From the NCBI RefSeq assembly GCF_009914755.1, contig NC_060934.1: a stretch of DNA of 64,000 nucleotides. One strand, 5' to 3'. Positions 15,522-29,875 of this stretch are shown in pieces. The notes beneath the pieces are model-generated. The model ran no database searches. It had not been told where the DNA came from and saw only the letters and a program-made list of their open reading frames with translations. The stretch's first letter is position 1; the number at the start of each line of letters is the position of its first letter. The position numbers and the translations under genes were made by a program. This DNA is from the human T2T-CHM13v2.0 reference genome, Homo sapiens.

Positions 15522-17493
15522 CTAGAATCAAAGAAAAAGTGGAATGTTCTTAACTCAGAATGAACCAGAAAAAGCTCCACTTAGGGCTAGGGAGGGGAGA
15601 AAAAAAGCTGGAAAGAAATGCACCTAGGAGCCAATCATCAAGCTCCTCACTGCCCAAATCAACCCCTTCGGTGGCCCTGTGCATGGCCAGGCACTGAGCT
15701 AGCTGCTTAACACTAAGATCTCCTTTAACTGGCATCACAGTCCTGTGAGGTAGGTATGATTGGCCCATTTCCAGATGGGATTGTTGAGGTTACGTAACTT
15801 GCCCAAGTTGCATATTTGTAGGTAGTACAGCGAGAACTTGAAAGTCTGACTCCAAGACTATACACTTTTTATTATATAATAATGTCCCATTATCATTCAG
15901 AGGAAATAGTGAGTTACAGTGATAAGCGTAGGTTTGGAGTCAGTTGCCTGATTCTAAGCCCAGTGCTACCACTTACTGCCTTAACAACCTTGAGTTGTTC
16001 TTAACTTCTCCAAGCCTTTATTTTCTCATCTGTAAAATGGGATTAAAAATAACACCAAACCTAAAATAAGTTTTTTTTTTTTTTTTTAAAAAACACCAAT
16101 CTCATAACGTTTTCTGAGCATTAAATCAGTTAAAATACCACTGGTAACTCAAGACCTGGCATATATCAAATTTTCAGTAAATGGCATATTTTATTTGTAT
16201 TGCCTATGGAGTCTGCTTTTAGAGAGCCACTTAATCAGTCACCACAAAAACATATCATAATGTGGTAAGAGCTGGATAGAAGAAGGCATAGAATCTGGAC
16301 CCAAGAGAAGGTAAGCCACAAGAGAAGGTAAATATCAACCCAAGATCTTTCACGTTTCATATGAGGGCAATGGCAAAGGACTCAGGACTGTGATGGGAGG
16401 GCCACAGAGGAAGGAATGCCTGTGGGATGAAGAAAAGGATTCTTAGAAGGGGTGATGCTTAAGCTGAACTTTGAAGGATAAGAAGATTCCACATGGGTTG
16501 GGTGGAAGGGGTGTGGCATTGTCAGAAGGTGAAACATACGTGGCAAAATAGGCAAGACCAATTGGATGAGCACAGAATATAAGCCAGGGGAAAAAAAGAT
16601 TAGAAAAATAGATAAGGACTAGGGAGTCAAGAGGCTTAAATCTCTTATTAAAGAGTTTTGGCACTATCATGCAGGCAACAGAGGTGGGGAATCCAGTGAT
16701 GGTGTTTCACAGAGAGGAGAGGAGACATATTTTTGGAAGATCAATCAAACAGCGATATGCTATGTGTTGCTACTTCCTTCTTTATGTGGCTGGGTGACGA
16801 CCACGTAGAGTTTTGTATGGATGGTGGTCCCTAAGGTATTTAGTAATATCCCAGGAGGTTTTTGTAGTTTGAGAACTCAAGTAAGCAAACATTTAAAAAA
16901 TCAAGTTTCAATGCATAGGGGATAATTTGGCTCTAGTCTTTTCTAACCCCAATTTAGAGCAATAAACAATTCTTCCCTTGCTCGGAGCTTTCTGTCTTTA
17001 CTCTCTGGGACCCCCATTTTAAAGAATAAATACAATTTTGTATATACTCTTACCCCAAGGGGACTTGAATTTTGGAAGGATTGCTAAATGCAGACAGCGA
17101 TCATGGTCTGGGTGTGGGAGGGAAGGTGAGAAAGGACAAGTGGAAATTACGTTCTAAGCTGCAGCAGCAGTCACTGTCTACACTGCAGAAGCACCAGGCC
17201 CCACAACTGATTCATCCATGCCAAAGTAGCAAGGATGAAATAATCCACACTCTAGGACTCCACTGTCCTTTAAGGGAGCCACCAGTCACATAAGGCTATT
17301 TAAATTTAAATTAATTAAAATTAAATAAAATTTAAAATTCAGTTGCCCAGGCACACTAATGTTCAGTAGTCACAGGAGGCTAGTGGCCACCATATTGGAC
17401 AGTGCAGATCCGCGACATTTCCATCATCACAGAAGGTTATTTTGGACAAAGCTAAGTATAATCTAGAAGCCAGCTTGGGAATCACCTAGAAGA

Positions 17494-17784
17494 TTTTTTT
17501 TTTTATATGGAGCCTCGCTCTGTCGCCCAGACTGGAGTGTAGTGGCGTGATCTCGGCTCACTGCAAGCTCTGCCTCCCGGGTTCACACCATTCTCCTGCC
17601 TCAGCCTCCTAAGTAGCTGGGACTACAGGCACCCACCACCAAGCCCAGCTAATTTTTTGTATTTTTAGTAGAGACGGGGTTTCACCGTGTTAGCCAGGAT
17701 GGTCTCGATCTCCTGACCTCGTGATCCGCCCGCCTTGGCCTCCCGAAGTTCTGGGATTACAGGCGTGAGCCACCATGCCCGGCC
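17494..17784 (-). mobile_element. AluY-like element inside a MER5
   Basis: GCAAGCTC and CCGTGTTAGCCAGGATGGTCTCGATCTCC diagnostic sequences. Confidence 0.92.
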
Positions 17785-18040
17785 AGGAGATTATTTAAAA
17801 TGCAGAATCTCAGGTGCCACACCAGACCTACTGACCCAGAATCTGCATTTTAATAAGAGTCCCAGGTGATCCATCTGCACATTAAGGTTTGGGAAGCACT
17901 AGTATGGAGTCACAAGACCACCTTGGCTTTTGCTAGCAGAATGTTCTTCTATTCAGAATGCCCTGCCTGGCAGAAACGATGCAGAGAACAGAACAGAGAT
18001 ACACTAAGATCTACGGGCAGCCACCTGGCCTCAGAAATAC

Positions 18041-18178
18041 CTGATAAAGCCCTACTGCGGCATAGAAGAGCTCTTCCCACTGCTGGCTCTTGACAAAAGA
18101 GCTGAGGTCCACAGAAATCATCACACTAGATGAGTTACTGTTGATGCCTTTTGACACAGGTGTGGCTCTCTGGGATGG
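18041..18178 (-). pseudogene. GUCY2GP: Exon 9
   Basis: PSQRATPVSKGINSNSSSV...EELFYAAVGLYQ; 138 bp, AG/GT intact. Confidence 0.88.
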
Positions 18179-19064
18179 CTGTAAAACAGGAAGTAATTTG
18201 GTCACTCTCAGCAGCAAGGCCAAGTACAAAAGGGAATGCATTTTATAGATGAGGAAGCTGAGTGCCAAGGTCAGACAGTTAATAATAAGAGAGCCAGGAT
18301 TTGAACCCTGATCTTTCTGACCTGTTACATGCATCACTCTAGGACAGCATCATCCAATCATCCATGCCTTCTATGGCATCTGTACCACCATGGAGGTGTA
18401 GGTTAAGAGGGAAGGCTCTGAGGTCAGACTGCCCAGACTCAAGTTCTGGCTGTGGCACTTAATTAGATGTGTGGCCTGGGGTTAGAGCCATTTTCTTAAA
18501 GAACATCTAACCAAGTTGTCTCTGTTTAACACTCTCAGTGCCTCCCAACACCTAGAAAACACCTTCAAAGCATAGGAATCTTGTTTTCAAGGAGAATCTT
18601 ATCTGGAACCCTAATGTAGAAATGAGGTAGATCGAAGCAGAGCTGCTTTGGTGGAAGATGGAAGAGTAAGTGTCTGAATCCCCGGGGACGTTTGGAGATG
18701 AGTTACTAATGAATCACAGTCACCTGCTCTTAGCATGTTGAAGCCTCCCTGACTTGGTACCAGCTAAGCTTCCCAGCCCTGACCATCCCACATCTCATTA
18801 TATCCTGTGTACTTCACTCTTTTTCATCACTTGCAAACTCACTCTTCTCAAATGTCACCTCCTCTCCAAAGCCTTCCAGATGCTGAGACCTTCAGTCCCT
18901 CCATCTGCAAGGCTTCCATCTCACCGTGGAAACACCTCTCTGACACTTGCCTCCCTCTGGAGGCATCTCATTTGTGGGATATCCCCATACCTTGTATGAT
19001 GCTTGGCCTGTAGTTAATGGTCAAGTCCCTGTCAAGCAAATGAACATTATTGTATTAGTCATCA

Positions 19065-19426
<362 letters not shown>

Positions 19427-19748
19427 CTAAATCCTCCCCAGGAGACAGCTTTAATATCTGAACACCATCTACAGTTCTCACCCACAGAGTAACAGAGCAA
19501 AGGGAACTTTAGAGACTGTCAATCATTTGTAAGTATTTAGAAACTGAGTCTTGGGGAGGTAAAATGACATTCTCAGATTCAGCAAGCAAGTGGGAGGCCT
19601 AGAACCAGAACTCAGGCCTGCAGACTCTTCATGAAGTGCTCACTGAATAAATTAGCCTCTTGCTCTTATAAGCTCCTAGATGAGGTCCCTTCCACACATC
19701 TCCAGCAGTGACCAGGAAATGGGACATCTGGGTCACATATGGCCTCAC

Positions 19749-19897
19749 CTTGTTCTGGGGAAGAATGGTGATATCATCAAAATTGATTTGCCACCAGATG
19801 TCTTTGTTTTGCCTCTGCATCCTTAAAATCAGACCTATGATGGCAGCTCCCAAGACAGGAATGAGGATCATCAATGTCAGAAGCACAGCAGTCACGC
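19749..19897 (-). pseudogene. GUCY2GP: Exon 8 (transmembrane helix)
   Basis: GVTAVLLTLMILIPVLGAAIIGLILRMQRQNKDIWWQINFDDITILPQNK; ccag| and AAG|GTGAGG. Confidence 0.92.
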
Positions 19898-20339
19898 CTG
19901 GAGGGTAGAGGCATATTACCCAGGCCTTGCCCAAGAGCAGTAGCAAGTACATCCCTGCCCAGCTGGGCCCAGCCGAGCAGGTTCCTCAAAGGCTGTCCTC
20001 TGGAAGGTCTGGGGTAGGACACACAAAGTCTACGCTGACTTGTCTCTTCCAGGAATTCTTCCCTGACTACCACCCTAGTTCCCACTGGAACTGCATTCAC
20101 CTCCCGCTTTGTATAGAAAGTTCCACTGCAGAGAAATAATAATGATGACTTCTAACTCCACCAGCAGTGTTTACAAAACATTTACTGTGTGTTCTCCTTA
20201 GGGTGGTTCTCCAGGCATGATCCATCTAATTCCAGGGCTGGGCTCCTAACCACTGGGGCACACTCCCCTCCCCAGACTCTTTCAACCTCCCTAGAGGTGA
20301 AGTTCCTGAGACTCAAATCTCAGGAGCCAGTTTCCCTTA

Positions 20340-20570
20340 GAGCAGTGATTCTCCACAGGGGAAAAAGGTGATGTTGCCTCCTAGGGGATATTTGGCCATG
20401 TCTGGAGACATTTCTCATTCCGACTAGAGGGCTGCTATAGGCATCTGTGGGTAGAGGCCAGGGGTGCCGCTAAACATCTTATAATATACAGGGATGCATG
20501 GCTTGAAATGCCAGCCTCCCCATACACAAAAATTACCTGGCCCAAAATGTCAATAGTGCTGCCTGCCATA
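20340..20570 (+). mobile_element. MER20-type hAT relic
   Basis: CAGTGATTCTC...GTCTGGAGACATTT...GGGTAGAGGCCAGGG...CCCAAAATGTCAATAGTGC. Confidence 0.75.
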
Positions 20571-20628
20571 CAGAGACCCTACTATAGAAAGTCTTTCCCT
20601 GCTACGTTCTCCAAACAGCCATACTTAC

Positions 20629-20738
20629 CCGTAAAAGCAGACTGAGTTTCACAGAGCTCATTATAAAATCCACAGCCAGGTCTGTCTTCAGGAAGGGAGC
20701 CATGGGGCCAGGTCATATTGGAGAAATTCCCTGTGGGT
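20629..20738 (-). pseudogene. GUCY2GP: Exon 7 (juxtamembrane Cys region; not in ORF track)
   Basis: Hand translation (R)PTGNFSNMTWPHGSLPEDRPGCGFYNELCETQSAFT(G); donor G|GTAAGT. Confidence 0.9.
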
Positions 20739-21233
20739 CTTTAAAAAAAAAAATAAAGGTCAGCGTCAGCTCAGTTTGTTCTATTTGACTCTACCTCATG
20801 TACAGCAGAGACAACGGAAAAATGCATGTTATTTGCAAAACTCAAGCCTTGGTCTCTCAATTCAAACTTCTGTCCAGTTTGCCCAACTCTCCTAGGCTCT
20901 TCAAATCCAGCCTTCAGGTAATCTCATTCAAGGAAGGCAGTATCTTTTTGCTGTTGAAATAGCTTCCTCAATCTTTTGACTTAAACCATGTCTCTTTTGA
21001 TTTAAAAGATGACATGCCAAGTCAATGTTGCTGGGACTTTCATCTGTGTTTGACGTAGACAAATCTTGTTATATAGCAGCTTGACATTTCACAGAACAAA
21101 ACATCTCCTCCTATGTGGAGTGTGCCTGTTCTGACAATACTAAAGACCTAGTTTGCCATGGTTACTTTGTTTTCTGGCCCATTTTGGTCCATTAAAATTC
21201 CATAAGAGAAGGGGAGAAAAAAGCCTCAAGTTG

Positions 21234-21520
<287 letters not shown>

Positions 21521-22099
21521 AAAAGCCTCAAGTTGAATCTGGATTGGAAGTAGTGGCAGTGGGGGTGAGTGGAAATTGAATTACATCTTAGGTTTCCTTT
21601 TAGTTTTCTCATTGATTTGTAGCTGAAAGAACAAAAACAAAGTTTTGTTTTGTTTTTTCCCCAGGATTCCTGGGTTCTGGTTGCTGGTGTCCAAATGTGT
21701 CTGGGAGTCAGGCTGTCTAGGTGAGCCATTTCGGGGCCTGTAAACCCATCCCTTCGGGGACGCTGTGCTCCACCACCCGCTCTGGGCCCAGGGCCTCTCC
21801 CCTAGACCATGGCCAATGGGACCACTGGTTGGAACACGAGAGGAGAACAGGGCCCTGGTGGAGGTGCAGTTCGTGGGTACTCTGTCCTACACTGAAATCT
21901 GAAACGGTCAAGCCATAACCTCAGTCAAGGGAATAAAATCACCTTAAAGGCCCAAAGTCTATCTTCATGAGTTCTAAGAGCACCAGGCTACTTGGGGGAT
22001 TCTAGGGACTGGATCCCAAACTGGCCTTCCCAGGGCCCTCCTCTTCCTATGTCTCTTTCTGTAGCACAATCTACACTTGCAGAAATGTCCGGCCAGTAT

Positions 22100-22233
22100 C
22101 TGATTACTTTGATAACTGTCATAATGAAGAAAAGAAAGTAAAAGGGGCCCATTTTCAGACTTCTGCAGGGCATAGACAGAGTAATCCATGTGCCTTTCTC
22201 CCTGGGCATCCACAAACACAGGGCCTGTGATTC
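22100..22233 (-). pseudogene. GUCY2GP: Exon 6 (frameshift and lost donor)
   Basis: GITGPVFVDAQGERHMDYSVYAL...HYDSYQ, then CAA A GTA ATC AG|ATACTG: two bases short, and the donor reads AT. Confidence 0.88.
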
Positions 22234-23981
22234 CTAGAAAGACAGGAGATTGCACAAGGTCAGGAGAGGGACAGCAACATGTGGCTCAAAATGCCAGCCT
22301 GCCCCAACTCAAATCAACAGAACCCCCTTCCCCAACAGCCATTAAAAACCAGACACAGGGTTTCTGTCATTTCAGTGAATCTGAGACAGGGTCAATGGGG
22401 ACCAGCAAAGGGAAGAAGACAGTTCAGAGATAGCATCCTGTTAGGGTTAAAGGGCCACACTGGGCAGGCAGATGTATTTTCTCAGGCCCACACTGGGGAA
22501 GCTCATCCAGCACTTAAAAATAAAAAAAAAAGTTTGTTTCCAGTTAATTTCACTTAAAACCTGAGATTTATGCTTCCCTCGAACAATCAGATGTGACAAC
22601 ATGTCAGCAGTCGTCTGGGGCCGAGGGACAGCTGCTTCCTCCAGTTCCTCCCATCTTCCTCCCCTGACCCCACCCACCCCACGCCTCCATGCTGCCAGGC
22701 CCTGGGGCACAAGTTTGCAATCTCTGTTCTCATGGCAGCCCCTTCCCTCCTGGTCTGGGTGCAGAGGCCTTGCAGGCCCTTTGCAGAGGCTTGGTGCAGA
22801 GGCTTTACAGGGCCTGATGTGCTGTTTGCTATTTCTTAGAACGTGATTAACTCCACTACTGAAGGAACGCATCTTGGAAGCACAGCTCCTTCACACCCCA
22901 AACTAGTACGTAGGTTCTGACAAAGGACTTATTGCTGATTTTGTCCCACAGGGGACAGAACACAAAATTACCACTGATAAAGCACCTAATAAGTGCTGGG
23001 CACTGCAGGTGGTGTTGACTTCCCATGTCTAATCCTAATTAACCCTTCAGAAGGGGCACCATCATCTGCTCCCAACAAGCAAAGCTTGGAGGCATGAACT
23101 CCTCGGGTCTTCCTGCCAGGGCCACGAAGAGGCACAGCTGGTACACAAACCCAGGCCTATCAGGCCCCAAGTGCCATGTTCTTTCCAGCATGCCACACTG
23201 CCTTTCTGCATACACATCCGTGGGCATCCTGAATGTGGGTATTGAGCCTGAGGTTTGCAGGGGAAAGGCCAGAGCTCCTGCGACAACCAGGGCCACTTCT
23301 TTCAGTGTGCATTGCGTTCACTGAGCCAAAGCCAGTGGGGTTGGGGGATTCTGCTCCCTAACTCGACCTCCTAGAAGAGGCTTTCCTTCTGGAATGGTGC
23401 AAAAGCCCTTCGGCACTGGCCGATGGAGTGGTTGCCACCATGTGGCAGAAATGAACACAGGAAGCAGAGACAAATACTCCAGTTCTGCCAAGGCTAGTCC
23501 TGTAGCCCATAAGGGAACAGAAGCCAGTTTGGAAGGGGTGAGGAGGGCCCTTTGGTCATGAGTCCCTGAAAGGGGCCCACGGGTCCCAGAACCAAAGTGG
23601 GATGACTCAGGCTCTTAAAGGGCCTCACTGCTCTTCACAACCTCCCCTCATTCCAGCATGAAGAATTTCTAAAACCACAGGAAAGAGGAATTAATTGATC
23701 TGGCAGAGGGGATTAAACTGAGAGCAGAAAGAAGGATCCCCCCTTGTGACCTCTCCCCTTTTTAAGCAAATGCCTTAGGGTCTGAAAGGAAAGGAGAGAA
23801 GTTGGTGAATATTTCCACTTGCAAAAGGCATTAATAGGGTAAACGCGACCTGCTTCTATGAAAACTTCAAAGAGCAGGCCTTGGCTGCTGTCTTTAAATT
23901 TTCAGACAAATTTTAGGTAATAATTTATAAGCCAAAAGCCAAAAAGATAAGCCAAAGCAAGGATAAAAATAGTGACCATTT

Positions 23982-24124
<143 letters not shown>

Positions 24125-24997
24125 TTAATGAGCACATACTATGTGCCAGGTGCATGTCATATTCTCATTACTCCTATGTTACAGGATAGCAAAGAACATG
24201 AGCCCTGGAGAAGGCAGACTTGATTTTGAATCCTGGCTCCACCATCTAATAACTTTGTGACCTTAGACAAGGTACATAACCTCTGTAACCTCAGTTTACT
24301 CACCTGAATAATACAGATAGAAATAGTACCTGCCTCATGGGCTGTGTGAGGATTCAATTAGGTAATACTCGGAAGCTCTTAGCACTTGGCCTAGTGTAAG
24401 GTAAGCCCTCCCTAAATGCTGGTTATTATTTCTGCATGTGGTAACAGGTGTTATCCCTATCTTACAACTGAGAAAACGAGAACAAGAAAGATCAAAGCAG
24501 TTGGTCAGCTGAATGTGATTTGAAAGCGGTTCACTCCCCAACCTATACTCATCCCCACCAGGAAAGCAAGAATGAGACTACAACCCATCTTCAGAAGTCT
24601 GTGGTGCCAGGGCCCCCATCACAGAGGCTGCAGATGGGAAGTGACCCCGGGAGACAGGTCTCACATTTCTGAATTTTATTCTTGATGGACTCAGTTTGAA
24701 TGGAACTGCGGGGGAGAATTCCCAGGGGAAAGGGGATAAGGTGCCCAGCAGCCTCCTCTCCTGGTCTGGGCAGGCTCTGGCCAGAAGGATGAGCGAACTG
24801 TGGGAGCTGGGAGGTCTTAACCTCAACTACACTTACAGAAGGAAGACAGGAATCCCCATAAGAAAGATGAATTCTGGAGTTCAGTGTGAGGCAGGCCCTG
24901 AAAGAGGCCTTTAATTACATGCCCAAGATCTCAAAGCCCCCACCGACTGGAGCCGCAGGTCTGAGTTTAGAACACCCTCCAGCAGTAAGCCACCTAC

Positions 24998-25142
24998 CCT
25001 GCACTGTGGTCTGACTGGAACCCTTCAGAGCGCTGACCAGCTGCCACCCATCCTGGAAGTCGCCTCCAGCCTTTACCACCTGCTTCACGGTCTCAGCATA
25101 GAGCAGGACGGCGTCGTGAAGGTAGGCAGAGTAAGGGCTCAC
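24998..25142 (-). pseudogene. GUCY2GP: Exon 5
   Basis: VSPYSAYLHDAVLLYAETVKQVVKAGGDFQDGWQLVSALKGSSQTTVQ(G), containing the LHDA.LLY motif of receptor GCs; donor G|GTAGGT. Confidence 0.92.
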
Positions 25143-25543
25143 CTTCAATAAGACAAGCAAAGCAGGGTCTCAAGAGGTTCTTGGCCTCTTGGGTCACCGT
25201 CCAGCACTAAATTAGGAGGAATCTCTGTTCCGTCCGCCCGGCAGTGGCACACAGCACTTTCTTCCCCCATCCCACAGAGCAGAGGGTCCAGCATACACCT
25301 GCGCCTGCACTATGAAACCCAGACGTCGCAGTCTTCATTTTCCTTCTGAATGCTGCGTTTCCCACTTAGATCTTCTGATCCTTCAGGGACGCTCTTCAGG
25401 CCACAGGTGGGAGGGAGCATGGTTTCAGGGAAAGAGGGTACATGCTGGAACTAGACCAGCTCAGCTCCCTACTGGCTATGAGTCCCGAGGTAAGTTCCAC
25501 AGCCTCTCTGAATCTCAGCTCACTCGTTTATAAAATGGGGATA

Positions 25544-25837
25544 GGCTGGGCGCGTTGGCTCACGCCTGTAATCCCAGCACTTTGGGAGGCCAAGGCGGGC
25601 GGATCACGAGGTCAGGAGTTGGAGACCAGCCTGGCCAACATAGTGAAACCCCATCTTTACTAAAAATACAAAAATTAGCCCAGCGTGGTGGCAGGTGCCT
25701 GTAATCCCAGCTACTCAGGAGGCTGAGGCAGGAAAATCACTTGAACCCAGGAGGCAGAGGTTACTGTGAGCCGAGATTGCGCCACTGCACTCCAGCCTAG
25801 GTGACAGAGCGAGACTCCATCTCAAAAAAAAAAAAAG
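25544..25837 (+). mobile_element. Alu
   Basis: Alu consensus, inserted in a MIR. Confidence 0.95.
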
Positions 25838-26440
25838 GAGGGGGATAAAACTGCTGTTGGGTTGAATGTGACAATAGTTAAATGAGGCATAATAGGTAAA
25901 CTATCCATTGCAGTCCCTGACCCTTAGTAGGTCTTCAGGACGTGATGTCTTCTATTGGGCAGTCAAGGAAAATACAAGTGCCTACTAAGTGCCAGGCACT
26001 GTTCTCCCAACAGTACCAGATACAAAGCTGACACTTAGTAGACTGTTACTCAAATATTCTTTAATTGGTTATCTTGTCTTATATGTTGGGATCCACAATC
26101 GGCCCCCTCATTTCTAATCAAACTCCTTGTCATCAGTGGCCTGTGGTCACCTTAGGCTTCAGCTTGGCCCCACACTGGAAGTAGCTCCAGCTCTGGACAA
26201 AGGTCTCTCTTCAAAAACTTCTCTGTGAAAGCCAGATACTGCCTCCTCATCACACACATACTGGGATTACCACAGGCGGACCCTCTCTCTCCTGATCATC
26301 TCCTCCCTTTTCCAGCCCACCTGCTGGCCCTGACCTGTCCTAGCTCCACATCTCTGACCACTCCATCCTGGGTCTAGGTCCTGGCATCCTCCTGGGGAAG
26401 GAAATTGTCATGGTCTGGGTACCCATTAATATCTGTTCTG

Positions 26441-26738
26441 GGCCAGGCACAGTGGCTCACGCCTGTAATTCTAGCACTTTGGGAGGCCAAGTCAGAAGGA
26501 TTGCTTGAGCCCAGGAGTTCAAGAGCTGCCTTGGCAACATAGGGAAATCGCGTCTCTACAAAAAAAATTTTTTTTTAATTATCAAGACATGATGGCATGT
26601 GTCTATATTTCCAGCTACTTAGGAGGCTGAAGTGGGAGGGTTGCTTGGGCCCAGGAAGTCGAGGATGTAGTGAGCATGACTGCACCACTGCACTCTAGCC
26701 TGGGTGACACAGCGAGACCTTCCCTCAAAAGAAGAAGA
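26441..26738 (+). mobile_element. Alu (AluJ-like)
   Basis: Diverged Alu with GGATTGCTTGAGCCCAGG. Confidence 0.9.
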
Positions 26739-27154
26739 TATATACTTTGCTTCTTCCATGGACAATGTTACTAAATACACACCACCACAGCCTGGGAGGT
26801 AGATGCCATTATCAGTCCCATTTCACAGAAGAAGAGACCGAGGTGTAGGGAGGTTAAGCAATTCACTACAAGGTCCTACAGTTAGCAAACAGCAGCAGTA
26901 GGATGGGGGCATAGGCCTCTGCTCCAAAGGCCTTTCACCCAGTAACCTCTGAGGTATAAATTCACAAGAGAGCATCAAACTGCTGTTTATTTTGGGCGTG
27001 GAAGATGGGGAAGTGCATGTGTGTGTGCACCTGCATGTGTGTAAGGGGGGTAGGGAGAGATGAGGAGAAATAAGAGGGAGAAATGCAAAGGCAAACACAA
27101 ATATGATCAAAGAAGGGGAGGAGGGAGCCTGAGCTGGAAGACCCGGCATCACAC

Positions 27155-27340
27155 CTGCTCCTCCCAGGAGATGGTGCTGCGGAAGGGCGACCTCCTCGGT
27201 GTTTGGTAGACTTGTTTCCAAAAGCCTTCGTCTCCACGGCCTTTTCTGTAGGAGCTGAGGGCAATGAGAAGCAGTGACCCATACACCTTTTGGAGGTGCA
27301 TCATTTTCTGATTTGTCAGTACTTCCTTCCAAAAACGGTC
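27155..27340 (-). pseudogene. GUCY2GP: Exon 4 (not in ORF track)
   Basis: Hand translation DRFWKEVLTNQKMMHLQKVYGSLLLIALSSYRKGRGDEGFWKQVYQTPRRSPFRSTISWEEQ; ttttag| and CAG|GTGTGA; 186 bp, open. Confidence 0.9.
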
Positions 27341-27711
27341 CTAAAAAGTAATAAAATAAATGTTGTTATTCGGTAGGAAATGCCTTGGCAAGGGCACTGC
27401 GTGTAACACAATGTTTAATTTGAACCACTACATTCTAATTCCTGGAAACACAGTGATTCCAGAAGGCCTGCAATACAAGGTCCACATTCTCTAGCTGGCA
27501 TATAAGCAGTGGAAGGAAAGCCACAAATAAAAAGAAAAAATGTTCCTGGTGCATACAGCTGCTAAGATGCAGAAAGCTTACCTACTAACAATGATTGCAA
27601 AAACTTAAAAAGCTTAAGACTATAGATTCTTGCTTTTTTTAAATTTTTTTTGCTTGTGGCATTATCATTATAATCTACGTTACTATTATGAACAGTATAT
27701 ACCCACTCATT

Positions 27712-27776
27712 ATACATATATGTATGTATATATACATATATATGACATCACACTCACACATATATATATATATATG
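27712..27776. repeat. (TA)n/(CATA)n microsatellite
   Basis: Read directly from the sequence. Confidence 0.85.
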
Positions 27777-28564
27777 ATGATATCATACCATAATGCAGCT
27801 TGATTTTTTTCCACCTAAACCTATACTGGGAATAGTTTCATAAAATAGATTTATGCTATTCTTTCATGAAGCAGCATGAATTCAATTGCATAGACATTGG
27901 TGTATTCTTAGTTCTACCTTCTTTCTGCCATTACACACCAGTTGGAATGGATCATCAATGTGTGGGAGAAAGCAACAGGGGAGTTGAAAAGTTTCCCTGC
28001 CAAAACAATGTGCCTGAAGGCAGAGATGAGAGGAAAAGTGAAGAGAAAGGGAGGCGGTCACAATGGATATCTAGGGTAAGAGAGTGTTCTGGAAAGTCTG
28101 GCATGCCTTTAGGATTCCAGCTCCCTACCCAAAGAAATCTGAGATGCTTTTGTGGATCTGAAAGACTTCATGATAAAGAAAGAAAAATCTGGGACATTAC
28201 TATATATCTCCCTTTATTTTCTTCTGTCCTATTTCAGCTTCTTGTGATTTTTTTAAAAAGCTTATTTTAGAAAGATAAAACTGCTAGAAAAATAATGCAC
28301 CGTGTCCATAGGAAAAGGCAAGTAGCTTTTGTAGATGCCTGTTGTGTAAGATGCTTACAAGCACAGACACAATAGCCCCCTGTGAGGCAGATACTACGTG
28401 CATTATTTCCATGCATCAGTGCACTTGATGAGAGGTAGAAAAGGAGCCCAGGCCACCTGGGTTTGAATGCTAGCTCTCCCTCATACTAGTTGGATGGCCT
28501 TGGGCAAGTTTTGGCACCTCTCTGAACCTCAGTTTCCTCTTCTGTAAAACGAGGATGATAAAAG

Positions 28565-29875
28565 TGAGGTGACAACGTGCTAGCAGCCCTCGCCCGCTCT
28601 TGGCGCCTCCTCGGCCTCGGCGTCCACTCTGGCGGTGCTTCAGGAGCCCTTCAGCCCGCCGCTGCACTGTGGGAGCCCCTTTCTGGGTTGCCCGAGGCCG
28701 GAACCAGCTCCCTCTGCTTGCAGGGAGGTGTGGAGGGAGAGTCGCGGGCGGGAACCGGGGCTGGGTGCCGCTCGCTGGACAGCGTGAGATCCGGGTGGGG
28801 GTGGGCTCCGCACTCGGAGCTCCGGCCAGCGCCGCCAGCCCCGGGCAGTGAGGGGCTCAGCACCTGGGCCAGCGGCTGCGGAGGGTTCACCGGGTGCCAC
28901 AGCACTGCCGGCCCGTCCGCGCCACACTCGAATTCTCACCGCGCCTCAGCTGCCTCCCCACGCGGCAGGGCTTAGGACCTGCAGCTGCCATGCCTCCCCT
29001 CCGCCCCCCCCCGCCACCAGTGGGCTTCCGCGCAGCCCCAGCGTCCCCAAAGGGCCCCGCCCATCGACCGCCCAAGGGCTGAGAAGCGTGGGTGCGTGGC
29101 TTGGGACTGGCAGGCAGCTCCGCAGGCGGCATCCACTAGGCGAAGGCAGCAGGGTTCCTGAGTTGGGTCGGCACTTGGAAAACTTTTATGTCTAGCTAAA
29201 GGATTGTAAACGCACCAATCAGCACTCTGTCTAGCTCAAGGTGTGTAAACGCACCAATCAGCACCCTGTCAAAATGGACCAATCAGCTCTCTGTTAAGTG
29301 GACCAATCAGCAGGATGTGGGTGGGGTCAGATAAGGGAATAAAAGGCTGCGTGGGCTAACAGCGATAACCCTTTTGGGTTCTTTTTGGAAAGTTTGTTGT
29401 CTTGCTTTTTGGGCTAAAGTTTTGCTGCTGCTTGCCCTAGCTCTGTGTTACCTTTGTGAGCTATAACATGGTGCGAAAGTCTGCAGCTTTACTCCTGAAG
29501 CTGCCGAGACCGTGAACCCACTGGGAGTGATGAACGATTCCGGATGCGCCACCTGTAACAGCTGTAGCACTCACTGTGAAGGTCTGTAATTTCACTCCTG
29601 AGGCCAGCGAGACCACAAACCCACGTGAAGGAATGAACAATTCCAGCCACGCTGCGTTTAAGAGCTGTAACATTTACCGTGAAGGTCTGCAACTTCACTC
29701 CTTAAGTCAGCGAGACCACAAACCCACCAAAAGGAAGAAACTCCAGACACATCTGAACATGTGAAGGAACAAACTCCGGACACACCATCTTTAAGAGGTG
29801 TAACACTCACCTCGAGGGTTCGCAGCTTCGTTCTTGAAGTCAGTGAGACCAAGAACCCACCAATTTCCAGATCCA
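28565..29875 (+). mobile_element. LTR12-family (ERV9) solo LTR in GUCY2GP intron 3, inserted in a MIR
   Basis: TGAGGTGACAACGTGC...CCAATTTCCAGATCCA; CpG-rich 5' half and CCAATCAGC repeats. Confidence 0.92.

Noticed and set aside
23433-23451. CTCF-like TGCCCACCATGTGGCAGAA
   Set aside because: Mismatch at a core G position; cannot be supported without ChIP data.
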